Sequence record: NC_073038.1
Strand: one strand, 5' to 3'
Length of the DNA stretch: 57,599 nucleotides
From: Pseudomonas phage AAT-1
Part shown: positions 17,934 to 27,565 of the stretch, in pieces
Position numbering within the stretch: position 1 is the stretch's first letter
How the letters are laid out: each line of letters starts with the position of its first letter
Translations under genes and position numbers: made by a program
The notes under the pieces: model-generated
What the model was told of the DNA's origin: nothing
Seen by the model: only the letters and a program-made list of their open reading frames with translations
Databases searched by the model: none

Positions 17934-18872
17934 ATGGCAAACGGCAGCCGCCACAGCATGCGCATCGTCGCCGAGTCGGCCTACGGCACGACCCCGGCAA
18001 CGCCCGCCTTCGACATCATCCGCCATACCGGCACCACCCTCGGCCTGTCCAAGGAGTCCCTGCAGTCTGAGGAGCTCCGCGACGACCGCCAGATCGCGGA
18101 CTTCCGCCACGGGGCCTACCAGGTTGGCGGCGACATCAACATCGAGCTGTCCTACGGCAGCTTCGACGAGCTGCTCGAGGCCGTCCTGTGCGGCACCTGG
18201 CAGACCGACTCGCCCGTGGTCGGCACCGATCGCCTGAAGGCCGGCACCGTGCGTCGTTCCTTCACGATCGAGCGCTTCTTCGGCGACATCCTGACGGTGG
18301 ACAAGCCCTACCACCGCTTCACCGGCGTCGAGTTCAACACCATGTCTCTGGCGATCAACGCCAATGCGATGATTACCGGCAGCTTCGGTGTGCTGGGCCA
18401 GAACATGACCACCAGCACGGCCATCGTGGCGGGGGCCACCTACAACTCGGCCACCACCACGAGCCCGCTGGACTCGTTTACCGGCGCGCTGCAGGAGGCA
18501 GGCACCCCCATCGCCGTCATCACGGAGATTCAGCTCAACGTGGAGAACGGGCTCGAGGCTCGCTTCGTGGTCGGTTCCAAGCAGTCGATCCGCCCGTCGA
18601 TCGGCCGCTCGAACATCTCCGGCCAGGTGACCGCGTACTTCGAGAACTCGACCCTGCTGGACAAGTTCATCAACGAGACCGAGTCCAGCATCGTGTTCGA
18701 GCTGCCGGACGGCGCTGGCAACCTGTACGAGGTCACGCTGCCGCGCATCAAGTACACTGGCGGCCAGCCGGACGTCGACGGCGAGGGCCCGATCACCCTG
18801 AGCATGCCCTTCCAGGCGCTGCTCGACTCGGTGACTGGCACCAACATCATAATCGACCGCACGCCGGCCTGA
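17934..18872 (+). CDS. Major tail (tube) protein
   Basis: 312 aa, Ser/Thr/Gly-rich beta-type composition, strong SD, upstream of the G/GT chaperones. Confidence 0.65.
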   Translation: MANGSRHSMRIVAESAYGTTPATPAFDIIRHTGTTLGLSKESLQSEELRDDRQIADFRHGAYQVGGDINIELSYGSFDELLEAVLCGTWQTDSPVVGTDRLKAGTVRRSFTIERFFGDILTVDKPYHRFTGVEFNTMSLAINANAMITGSFGVLGQNMTTSTAIVAGATYNSATTTSPLDSFTGALQEAGTPIAVITEIQLNVENGLEARFVVGSKQSIRPSIGRSNISGQVTAYFENSTLLDKFINETESSIVFELPDGAGNLYEVTLPRIKYTGGQPDVDGEGPITLSMPFQALLDSVTGTNIIIDRTPA

Positions 18873-18900
18873 TAGGCTGGCACACTAGGAGAGAAGTGGC

Positions 18901-19353
18901 ATGACCGATAACGATAACAAGGCCGCGGGCGCGGTCACCGGCATGGACGCATTCTTCACCCGCAGTCGGGCGAACGAGGGGCTGGAGTTGCCCCTCTACC
19001 TCCCCAACGGGCAGAAGAGTGAGCACTGGGTGCGCATCCTCGGGGTCGACTCCGATTCCTTCCGCAACGCGGAGGCGGAGTCCCGGCGTGATGCCTTCCG
19101 CATCGCGCAGATCGAGGACCTGACGGACCGGGCCAAGGCCATAGCGGACAGCAAGCGCCGCCTGGTCGCCAGCCTGGTGGTCGCCTGGTCGTTCGACCGG
19201 CCGTGCAACGTGGACGAGGTCGAGGCCTTCTTCCGCGAGGCCCCGCAGATCATGGACGCCATCGACCTGGCTGCGAGTAAGCGCGCACTTTTTTTCGGGG
19301 CAGGGTCGAGCAGCTCGCGGCCTACGCCGAGCACGAGTTCAAGCTCGACCTGA
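18901..19353 (+). CDS. Tail assembly chaperone G
   Basis: 150 aa ORF directly upstream of the tape measure gene. Contains the slippery run T_TTT_TTC at 19290-19296. Confidence 0.65.
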   Translation: MTDNDNKAAGAVTGMDAFFTRSRANEGLELPLYLPNGQKSEHWVRILGVDSDSFRNAEAESRRDAFRIAQIEDLTDRAKAIADSKRRLVASLVVAWSFDRPCNVDEVEAFFREAPQIMDAIDLAASKRALFFGAGSSSSRPTPSTSSSST

Positions 19354-19694
19354 TCCCGAAGGGGTCCAAGCAGACGCTGCGCGAGTCGCTCATGCAGGTC
19401 TGGAAGACCCTAAAGCGTAAGCCGCCACAACTGGCGGAGGCGCCCGAGCTCCCGGAGGAGCTCGGGTATGTCTGGGAGTGGTTCAGGGAGGTGTTCGCGG
19501 GTGAGCCGCTGACGTACCAGGAGCTGCAGGCGTGGTCCGGCATGACGGGCAAGCGGCTGCAGGGCTGGGAGGCCGAGCTGATTAAGTCCCTCGATCGTAT
19601 ATTCTGGAAGGTGCAGCATGGCAACCACCGACGTGGCAAGTCTGGCGATCAGGGTCGAGTCCCTGCAGGTGGCGGAGGCCAACCGTCGCCTTAA
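18901..19694 (+). CDS. Tail assembly chaperone GT (-1 programmed frameshift at 19290-19296 joining frame 1 to frame 0)
   Basis: XXXYYYZ heptamer t ttt ttc. The -1 frame is open from the slip site (..ALFF/RGRVEQLAAY..) to a stop at 19694 and overlaps the TMP start. This is the canonical G-GT arrangement. Confidence 0.55.
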
Positions 19695-22104
19695 GGGCAT
19701 GGCATCCTCCGGGGGCGGCGCCGAGCGCGCCACCTCCGGCCTCACCGGCGCGTTCACGCGCCTCATCGGGCCGCTGACCGCGGCCGTCTCCGCCACCGCA
19801 GCCCTTAGCAAGCTCGTGGACGTGCAGCGCCAGTTCGACGTGCTCAACGCCGGCCTGGTGACTGCAACCGGCAGCGCCGAGAGCGCCGGCGTCGCGTTCG
19901 ACGCCCTGCGCGAGTTTGCCGCCAACACGCCATACAGCCTGGACCAGGCCGTCGAGGGCTTCACCAAGCTCGTGAACCTCGGCCTCACCCCGTCCGAGCG
20001 CGCGCTGACTTCCTACGGCAACACCGCCTCTGCAATGGGCAAGGACCTCAGCCAGATGGTCGAGGCCGTGGCCGACGCCACCACCGGCGAGTTCGAGCGC
20101 CTCAAGGAGTTTGGCATCAAGGCCAAGCAGGAGGGCGACAAGGTCTCCCTCACGTTCCAGGGCGTCACCACGACGATCGGGAACAACGCGGCCGAGATTG
20201 AGGAGTACCTCACCAAGATCGGCGAGAACGAGTTCGCCGGCGCCATGCAGCAGCGCATGGACTCCCTAGACGGCGCCATCAGCAACCTCGGCGACACCTG
20301 GGACCAACTCTTCCTGACCGTATCCCAGTCTGGAGTCGGCGACGTCATCGAGGACGCCGTCCGGCTCGCCACGGACGCGCTCCAGGGCCTGACCGACATG
20401 ATCGCGTCGGGAGAGCTAGAGGCCTACCTGAAGTCCATCACGGTACAGTTCGACGCCTGGGGCCGCGACATCGAGCAGACCGTCACGATCCTGACTTCGT
20501 TCATCAAGGACAACTTCGGCGAATGGGAGGATGAGGCCAAGGCTACGGTCGACTTCCTCATCGCGGCCTTCAAGAATTGGCCCTCTAACGTCCGCGCCTT
20601 CATCCAGATCATGGTGGTCGAGGTCGCGGCCGGCCTCGACCAGGCGTCGGCATACGCCGGCGCGTTTGTGGACGGCATCAAGGCCATCTTCAACGACGAC
20701 ACCCTGGCAGGCGTCGGCCAACGCCTCGAGACCCAGCTGTCCGGCATCCGCTCAGCGCGCATGTCCTCCATCGAGGACGCGCTCAAGGAGCGCGACGCCT
20801 CCGTCAAGGCGAGCGACGACCAGATCGAGGCGGCCCAGCGCCTGCGCCGCGAGTACGAGGAGAACGCCGAGGCCCGGAAGAAGGCGAATGCGGGCCAGGA
20901 CCGCCTTGCAGGCTTCAAGGTCGGCGGCTCTGACGGCGGCAAGGCCAGCGGCGCAGTAGACAAGGCAGCCGAGACGGCGCGCAAGGCCCGGGAGCGCGAG
21001 TTCCAGTCGGTCGTCGAGGGTCTTCGCTCCGAGGAGGAGGCGCTCCAGGCGTCCTACGAGAAGCGCCGGGCGATCATCGAGGCCAACACCGGCGTGGAGT
21101 CCGCGCAGCGGGCCGACCTGATGGCCCGCCTTGAAGCCGACCGCGCCGAGCAGCTCAAGAAGCTGGAGGAGCAGCGCGGCGCCGAGCTCGAGGGCCTGCG
21201 CCAGTCCCTCCGCACCGAGGAGGAGGCCATTCAGGAGTCCTTCGACCGGCGCATGCAGATCATCGCGTCGAACACAGCCGAAGGCTCGGCACTGCGTGCC
21301 CAGCTGGAGGAGCGCACGGCCGCCGAGCGCGACAAGGCCCTGGCCGACCTCGAAGCCCAGCGGCAGCGCGAGCGGGACTCGCTCTACAGCGGGCTGCTGA
21401 CCGAGGAGGAGATGCTGCGTCAGTCGTATGAGCGGAAGAAGGCGCTGATCCTTGAGAGCGAGGCTGTGACCGAGACGGAGCGGCAGGAGCTCCTGCGCCG
21501 GCTGCAGCAGCAGTTCCAGGACGAGCAGGCAGCGATGGAGCAGAAGCGCATCCAGACCCAGCTAGGCGCAGCTTCCCAGATGTTCGACGGCCTGGCAGGC
21601 CTGGCTAAGGCGTACGCTGGCGAGCAATCGCAGGCTTACAGGGTACTATTCGCGATCAGTAAGGCGTTCTCCGTCGCGCAGGCAGCCATGTCGATCGCCA
21701 CCGGCCTGGCCAAGGCTCAGGAGCTAGGGTTCCCGGCCAACCTGGCGGAGATGGCCCGGGTCGCTGCGACTGGCGCGTCTATCATCTCGCAGATCAACGG
21801 CGCAAACTTCGCGGGAGCCTATGACCAGGGCGGGCAGATTCCGGCCGGCAAGATCGGCCTGGTCGGTGAGTACGGGCCGGAGCTGGTTAAGGGCCCGGCA
21901 TCCGTGACGGGGCGTGTGGGCACGGCCAGGGCGATGCAGGAGGCACAGGGCGAGGGAGCGGCTGCGGCCGCTCCACCGGTGGTGAACGTCAGGAACATCA
22001 ACGTGCTCGACCCGTCGGTCGTGGGGGACTACCTCGGGTCCGACGACGGTGAGCAGCTCATCATGAACGTGGTCCAGCGCAATCAACGCGCGCTGGGCTA
22101 TTAA
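19618..22104 (+). CDS. Tape measure protein
   Basis: 828 aa with a long coiled-coil region of internal RxxEEExLxxSY repeats. Canonical position. Confidence 0.85.
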   Translation: MATTDVASLAIRVESLQVAEANRRLKGMASSGGGAERATSGLTGAFTRLIGPLTAAVSATAALSKLVDVQRQFDVLNAGLVTATGSAESAGVAFDALREFAANTPYSLDQAVEGFTKLVNLGLTPSERALTSYGNTASAMGKDLSQMVEAVADATTGEFERLKEFGIKAKQEGDKVSLTFQGVTTTIGNNAAEIEEYLTKIGENEFAGAMQQRMDSLDGAISNLGDTWDQLFLTVSQSGVGDVIEDAVRLATDALQGLTDMIASGELEAYLKSITVQFDAWGRDIEQTVTILTSFIKDNFGEWEDEAKATVDFLIAAFKNWPSNVRAFIQIMVVEVAAGLDQASAYAGAFVDGIKAIFNDDTLAGVGQRLETQLSGIRSARMSSIEDALKERDASVKASDDQIEAAQRLRREYEENAEARKKANAGQDRLAGFKVGGSDGGKASGAVDKAAETARKAREREFQSVVEGLRSEEEALQASYEKRRAIIEANTGVESAQRADLMARLEADRAEQLKKLEEQRGAELEGLRQSLRTEEEAIQESFDRRMQIIASNTAEGSALRAQLEERTAAERDKALADLEAQRQRERDSLYSGLLTEEEMLRQSYERKKALILESEAVTETERQELLRRLQQQFQDEQAAMEQKRIQTQLGAASQMFDGLAGLAKAYAGEQSQAYRVLFAISKAFSVAQAAMSIATGLAKAQELGFPANLAEMARVAATGASIISQINGANFAGAYDQGGQIPAGKIGLVGEYGPELVKGPASVTGRVGTARAMQEAQGEGAAAAAPPVVNVRNINVLDPSVVGDYLGSDDGEQLIMNVVQRNQRALGY

Positions 22105-22114
22105 GGAGATAGGC

Positions 22115-23626
22115 ATGGCGAACCAAGTTGGTACCGCAAGCAACCTCGAGGACCTGTTCGGGAAGATTATCTCTTTCCTGACGACTGATTCTGCCCTCGT
22201 GGCAGCCAATCAGGATTGGACTGTCAACCGCCAGTTCCGCGATGGCCTGGCTGGGATGACCACGAACCTGACCGAGCCGACTACTGCTACTTCGCGGAAG
22301 ATTCTGCACTCCTTCCGGTACACCCCTCGATCACTGAACACGGATAACCCGAACAGCACCGCTGGTTATACCCAGTGCACCGGGTACGCCTCCGGGACAA
22401 GCCACATCTCGATGACCTTGCGCTCGGCGCAGGAAATCAAGAACGTGCGGTTGTGGGCACCTAACAACTCTGACGTCTCGACGATGTTGCAGAACTTCCG
22501 CCTGCAGTACTCGGACAACAACTCAACTTGGACCACAGCGCTGACTGTCAGCAGCAACCCGACTTACGCCCAGAATGAGATGAAGGACTTCGCTGTGCCT
22601 GGAACTCCGGGCGCCCACCTCTATTGGCGAATTCTGATCGACCGAGTGCAGAGTGGCTCGGGGTCGACGGTGTCCTGGCGCTCACTCCTGCTGCAGTTGA
22701 ACGACGGTACCATCGCCAACCACTTTGGCAGTGAGGCGCTCCTCAAGGCCCCCGGCAACTCTGGGACTGAGAATATCTACACCGGGATTCGCTGCGAATA
22801 CGATGCTGCCAATGGCTGGTACAACCTATTCCTCATGGGCTACACTGGCTATGACGCAAACGTGTTGGACTTTTTCCAACAGCCTGGTGCATTGTCCGGC
22901 TACGGCGACGTCAACCCGATGATCTGCCCGATGGTGCCATGCTGGAACACCTCGATGCCTTACTGGTTTGCAGCCACTGGCCGCTCATTCCGCTTTGGCG
23001 TGAAGGTGTCCACCAGCTTCGAAGGCGGGTACCTTGGATTCTTCCTGCCCTACGCCACGCCGGGGCAATATCCATACCCGCTCGCGGTCGGCGGGTCGTT
23101 GATTCCGACCAGCGGCGCTCGGGGAGTGGAGTGGCGTTACTCCTACAACGACTATCGCCATAGCGTATTCCCGACACCTGGAGCTTCATCAGTGTCAGCC
23201 CAGTTCACTGACGCGACCCTGTATCTGAGGTTGCCTGATGGAACCTGGCGCTCGGCTGGACAACGCGGCACGTCGAACAATCCGAATACCATCACTCGAA
23301 TGACGATGGGCTCCGCGTCACCTTTTGCGACAGGCGGTCCTGCGATAGGCGTATGGCCGACGTGCGTCCACTCAACAAACACGGGCGATGGTTGCCTGCC
23401 CTACCGTGAGGTGCTCGGAGGTGGTTATCTGCTGCAACCACTGATTCTCCTCCAACGCTTGCCCACACTTGCCGTCTGGGGTGAACTTGAGGGAGTCTAC
23501 TCCATCTCAGGTTTCAGCAACGCAGCTGAGAACACAACTACCTTCAGTGGCGTGAACCACGTGGTCTTCCAGAACGTGGCCCGCACAGAGGTCCAAGAAT
23601 ACTGGGCGCTGGCCCTCCCTGCCTAA
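22115..23626 (+). CDS. Minor tail protein (paralogue 1)
   Basis: 503 aa. Its N-terminus (..DLFGKIISFLTTD..QDWTVNR) is paralogous to the next gene. Confidence 0.5.
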   Translation: MANQVGTASNLEDLFGKIISFLTTDSALVAANQDWTVNRQFRDGLAGMTTNLTEPTTATSRKILHSFRYTPRSLNTDNPNSTAGYTQCTGYASGTSHISMTLRSAQEIKNVRLWAPNNSDVSTMLQNFRLQYSDNNSTWTTALTVSSNPTYAQNEMKDFAVPGTPGAHLYWRILIDRVQSGSGSTVSWRSLLLQLNDGTIANHFGSEALLKAPGNSGTENIYTGIRCEYDAANGWYNLFLMGYTGYDANVLDFFQQPGALSGYGDVNPMICPMVPCWNTSMPYWFAATGRSFRFGVKVSTSFEGGYLGFFLPYATPGQYPYPLAVGGSLIPTSGARGVEWRYSYNDYRHSVFPTPGASSVSAQFTDATLYLRLPDGTWRSAGQRGTSNNPNTITRMTMGSASPFATGGPAIGVWPTCVHSTNTGDGCLPYREVLGGGYLLQPLILLQRLPTLAVWGELEGVYSISGFSNAAENTTTFSGVNHVVFQNVARTEVQEYWALALPA

Positions 23627-23636
23627 GGAGAACGAC

Positions 23637-24632
23637 ATGGCATACGAAACTGGAACGGCAACCGGCGCCACTGATCTGCTTGACAAGCTTCGGTTGTTCG
23701 CCATCGCTCAGGGTTGGACTGTGAACCGCTGGGTATCATGGACCTCAGGCTACGAGCTGTGCCTGCAGAAAGGTTCGGCCTACTTCAATCTGCGCTCCTG
23801 CCAGAATGGTTCACTGCTGGTGAATGGTTCGACGCAGGCCAGCAAGTATGGCATCACCTTGAACGGATCAGACGGCTATGCCGGCGGCAGCGCCTGGGAT
23901 CGCCAACCCGGTTATGCTCAGCGCGCCATCACACCGTCGGCAACTGACCAATACCACGCCTTTTTGCCGATGGTCACAAACTTCGGTCCGTTCCCGGCGT
24001 ACCACCTGTTCGCGCCCGACAGCAAGACGATCTATCTCGAGTTGGAAATCTCGACCGGGGTCTTCCAACGTCTTGGATTTGGATCATTGGATTTGTACAA
24101 CCCGTCGACTCCTGGCGGTGGTCGTTTCTTCTACGCGACCGGCGCGGAGCACGTGACGAATGCCACCGGGGCGTCATCGTGGCTTGGGGCTGAAATTGAC
24201 TCCACTTGGTCGCAAGAGGAAGTTCCTTTCCGTGCCGCTGAGGTGCCCCTTTCTGCAGGGCGCTCAGGCTCGGCCGTTCGATGCGCGTTCGACGCGTTCG
24301 ATAACTGGGCCGGGTCTGGCACCACTTCGGGTGCTACACACTTGGCCCAGTCATGTCAGGGTGGTGGAACCCACGACCGTCTGATCCGGGATTTGGCCCC
24401 GAACCCCCTCAACAACATCGGACTCCTGACTCCCAACGTTGTGTCAGTCAACCGTGCCAACCTGTACCTGCATCCTATCGGTGTGGTTCCTGGTATGCGC
24501 TACATGGACATGGCCAACTATCTGCCTGGCGACGAGTTCACGCTGGGTTCTGATACCTGGAAGGTCTTCCCGTGGTACAACAAGGGCGGCCGCAGCTTCC
24601 AACGCGGAATTGCCTACCTGAAGGTGGTGTGA
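23637..24632 (+). CDS. Minor tail protein (paralogue 2)
   Basis: 331 aa. N-terminus (..DLLDKLRLFAIAQGWTVNR) is similar to the preceding gene. Confidence 0.5.
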   Translation: MAYETGTATGATDLLDKLRLFAIAQGWTVNRWVSWTSGYELCLQKGSAYFNLRSCQNGSLLVNGSTQASKYGITLNGSDGYAGGSAWDRQPGYAQRAITPSATDQYHAFLPMVTNFGPFPAYHLFAPDSKTIYLELEISTGVFQRLGFGSLDLYNPSTPGGGRFFYATGAEHVTNATGASSWLGAEIDSTWSQEEVPFRAAEVPLSAGRSGSAVRCAFDAFDNWAGSGTTSGATHLAQSCQGGGTHDRLIRDLAPNPLNNIGLLTPNVVSVNRANLYLHPIGVVPGMRYMDMANYLPGDEFTLGSDTWKVFPWYNKGGRSFQRGIAYLKVV

Positions 24633-24633
24633 T

Positions 24634-26316
24634 ATGGCCGTCATCACAGTCTACGGACTTCAGAACTACAACGTCTGGCGGCAGAAGAACCCGCCTGAGA
24701 TTGCACCCGGCTACGACGAAATTGACTTCGTCGACGGTTCGGTGCCACCTGACCGCCCTGTGATGCTAGCTCCGGGTTTTGGCTTCTGTACTATCACCGA
24801 CAATACACCGATCGACCTTGAACCTCATGAGGTGCTGACCAGCTATCGTCAGCAGTCGTTCCTTGACGACTACTATTTCCGCGTTCATGTTAATCCTGGG
24901 GTCATCGAGCTGGGCAACCTGTTGTCCACACAGACTCGCAACGTGGAGGTCTGGAGCGCCTACTTCGAGCCCCGGCTTCTGTCCAGTATAAGCCAGGTCG
25001 GTACTGACGGCATCACGCTGACCCAGCCAGCTCTGCCGCCGACGTCCTTCGCGGCGCTGGAGGCCCGAATCTATACACTGAACATCAGTACCAACGGGGC
25101 GCCGGTCATCAACGCCCTCTACACCTTCAACTTCCCCGGTGACTCGCCGACGCTCACGGTGACAGGTCGTCGCGTGGTCGTGTGGCCCTTCGTGCCGCAG
25201 ACGGAGCACCGCGAGACCCTGGAGTGGTTCACCGACATCCTGCCCAGCTTCGGCGCTGAGCAGCGGATTGCCCTGCGCACCGCGCCGAGGCAGTCCTTCA
25301 ACCACGAGTTCCAGCTGGACGAGTACCAGTACAGTCGAGCCAAGGCCATCGCCACGCAGTGGGCCCACCGGGTGTACGGCCTGCCTGTCTGGTCTGAGCT
25401 GACACGCCTCGGCCCGGTGCCGATGGGCACGACCGAGCTCATGTTCGACACGTCCAACGCAGACTACCGGTCTGATGACATCGTGATCGTGTGGGAGTCG
25501 GACGAGCACTTCGTGGCGGCCGAGTGCACCGACGTCCTGGCGGACCGCGTGGTGCTGAAGCTGCCGCTCGAGCAGTCCTACCAGAACGCCTACGTGGCCC
25601 CATTGCGGTTCGCCCGCACCTTTGAGGGCATGCAGTTCCGCCGCAGGGCGCACGACGTCGTGACGGCCAGCGCCACCTTCCAGGTCACGGCCAACAAGGA
25701 CCTTGGCGCCTCGGTAGGCCTCCCGCAGTACCGTGGCAAGGACGTGCTGACCGACCGCACCATACTCGTGGGCGACCTGGTCGAGCGCATCTCCCGCTCC
25801 ATCGACGAGTTCGATAACGGCTCTGGCCCCATAGCTGTCGACATCAAGAACGGCTGGGTGAACTACGCCAGGGCTATCACGTTCGACACTCTCGACCGTG
25901 CCGCCCGCTGGTCTGCCCGCAAGTGGGTCCACTCACGTCGCGGGCGCCAGAAGGCCTTCTGGCTGCCGAGCTGGAACCCCGACCTGGTCATACTGGACGA
26001 CGTCGGGCCGACGGGCGCCTCGCTGACGGTCCGGCCGATCGGCTATCCGCTTTACTATGGCATCAAGGACGTGATGATCGAGCTCAACGACGGCACTCGC
26101 ATCTTCAGCCGTGTGCTAGGCGCAGCGGTTGACGTGAACGGGAACGAGGAGCTTTCCCTCGAGGCGCCGGTCGGCACCGGGTTCGCAGCGGCAGACGTGG
26201 CGCTGGCCTGCTTCATGTCCCACGTGCGGTTCAACTCGGACCGCGTCGAGATTAGTCACAGCTACGCGGGCAGGGCCACGGCCTCCGTGCCCGTCACGGA
26301 GACGCCAGAAGCATGA
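24634..26316 (+). CDS. Minor tail / distal tail protein (putative)
   Basis: 560 aa, coupled to its neighbours, positioned between TMP and the gpL-like gene. Confidence 0.45.
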   Translation: MAVITVYGLQNYNVWRQKNPPEIAPGYDEIDFVDGSVPPDRPVMLAPGFGFCTITDNTPIDLEPHEVLTSYRQQSFLDDYYFRVHVNPGVIELGNLLSTQTRNVEVWSAYFEPRLLSSISQVGTDGITLTQPALPPTSFAALEARIYTLNISTNGAPVINALYTFNFPGDSPTLTVTGRRVVVWPFVPQTEHRETLEWFTDILPSFGAEQRIALRTAPRQSFNHEFQLDEYQYSRAKAIATQWAHRVYGLPVWSELTRLGPVPMGTTELMFDTSNADYRSDDIVIVWESDEHFVAAECTDVLADRVVLKLPLEQSYQNAYVAPLRFARTFEGMQFRRRAHDVVTASATFQVTANKDLGASVGLPQYRGKDVLTDRTILVGDLVERISRSIDEFDNGSGPIAVDIKNGWVNYARAITFDTLDRAARWSARKWVHSRRGRQKAFWLPSWNPDLVILDDVGPTGASLTVRPIGYPLYYGIKDVMIELNDGTRIFSRVLGAAVDVNGNEELSLEAPVGTGFAAADVALACFMSHVRFNSDRVEISHSYAGRATASVPVTETPEA

Positions 26317-27122
26317 CCTATAGCAGCTACGAGACCTCACTGGAGGCTGGCACGCCCGTCGAGCTCTACGAGTTCGTCCAGGGTATACAGCGCTGGAACT
26401 ACATAAGCGGGGCTGACTCGATCGTCCGCCTGGGGCAAGTCTACACGCCCATGCCGGTCACGCGCGACCGTATCAAGCAGTCCAGCGACATCTTCAAGGA
26501 CTCGCTGAAGCTGTCGTTCCCGCGCGACGACGCCTTCGCCAGCCAGTTCCTGGGCTTCGCACCCGAGGACGTCACCACGGTCACTGTGCTGCGCGGCCAC
26601 GTTGGCGATCCTGACGAGCAGTTCATCGTATACTGGAAGGGGCGCGTGGTCGGGGCTAAGGCCGCTGGCAACAAGGTAGACGTGGAGTGCGAGTCAGTCT
26701 TCACGTCGATCAAGCGGCCGGGCCTACGGGCCCGCTTCGAGTACGGCTGCCGTCACGCCCTCTACCTGCGCGGCTGCGGCGTCAACCGCGAGCTGTACAA
26801 GCTGGAGGGCACGGTCCTGTCCATAGCCGGCGGCCTCACCGTGGCCGTGGCCGGCGCCGCACTACAGCCCGCTGGGTACTACACCGGCGGCATGTTGGTG
26901 GCTCCGAGCGGGGCGTCCAGGTTCCTGGTGAACCATACGGGCGACCAGGTGACGATGGCCAGGCCCCTGGCAGAACTGGTCGGCGGCATGACAGTCGCCA
27001 TCTACCCTGGCTGCGACCACCTCAAGAGTACCTGCAAGGACAAGTTCAACAACCTGCCGAACTTCGGCGGCTTCCCGTACATACCGACGCGGAACCCGTT
27101 CGACGGCAGTTCAATCGCCTAG
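26313..27122 (+). CDS. Tail tip assembly protein, lambda gpL-like / 'phage BR0599' family with C-terminal Cys cluster
   Basis: C-terminal YGCRHALYLRGCG...YPGCDHLKSTCKDKFNNLPNFGGFPYIP matches the DUF2163/BR0599 (GTA g13-like, gpL-like Fe-S) signature. Confidence 0.6.
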   Translation: MTYSSYETSLEAGTPVELYEFVQGIQRWNYISGADSIVRLGQVYTPMPVTRDRIKQSSDIFKDSLKLSFPRDDAFASQFLGFAPEDVTTVTVLRGHVGDPDEQFIVYWKGRVVGAKAAGNKVDVECESVFTSIKRPGLRARFEYGCRHALYLRGCGVNRELYKLEGTVLSIAGGLTVAVAGAALQPAGYYTGGMLVAPSGASRFLVNHTGDQVTMARPLAELVGGMTVAIYPGCDHLKSTCKDKFNNLPNFGGFPYIPTRNPFDGSSIA

Positions 27123-27131
27123 GAGAATAGC

Positions 27132-27365
27132 ATGGCATGGGTTTACGCTATCATCTTTGTCGTGGCGCTGGTCGTCGCCTACACCATGCAGCCGAAGCCG
27201 GAGACGCGCCCTCCGGCCGGCCTCGACGAGATTCAGGCGCCGACGGCCGAGGTCGGGCGTGAGATTCCCGTGCTGTTCGGCCGCCGCCGGTTCGACGGCG
27301 CCAACGTCGTCTGGTACGGCCACCTGCGGACCGTGCCGATTAAGAGTAAAGGGGGCAAGAAGTGA
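27132..27365 (+). CDS. Small membrane-anchored protein
   Basis: 77 aa with an N-terminal TM helix (AIIFVVALVVAYT), between the gpL-like and gpJ-like genes. Confidence 0.35.
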   Translation: MAWVYAIIFVVALVVAYTMQPKPETRPPAGLDEIQAPTAEVGREIPVLFGRRRFDGANVVWYGHLRTVPIKSKGGKK

Positions 27366-27565
27366 CGGACAGCGTGACAGTACGGATGGAGCATTGCCGC
27401 GAGCTGCGGTACTGCGCCAGGGGCGTCCGCGAGCTGTTCGCCCGCTACGGGCTGGACTACGCCGACTTCCTGGTGAACGGGGTGGACTCCGGGCGACTGC
27501 TCGAGGCCACAGGCAACGACGCGATGGCCCAGGCGGCCGTGGAGGTGGCACGTGGGCGGAAGTAG
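27362..27565 (+). CDS. Hypothetical small protein
   Basis: 67 aa, ATGA-coupled. Confidence 0.3.
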   Translation: MTDSVTVRMEHCRELRYCARGVRELFARYGLDYADFLVNGVDSGRLLEATGNDAMAQAAVEVARGRK

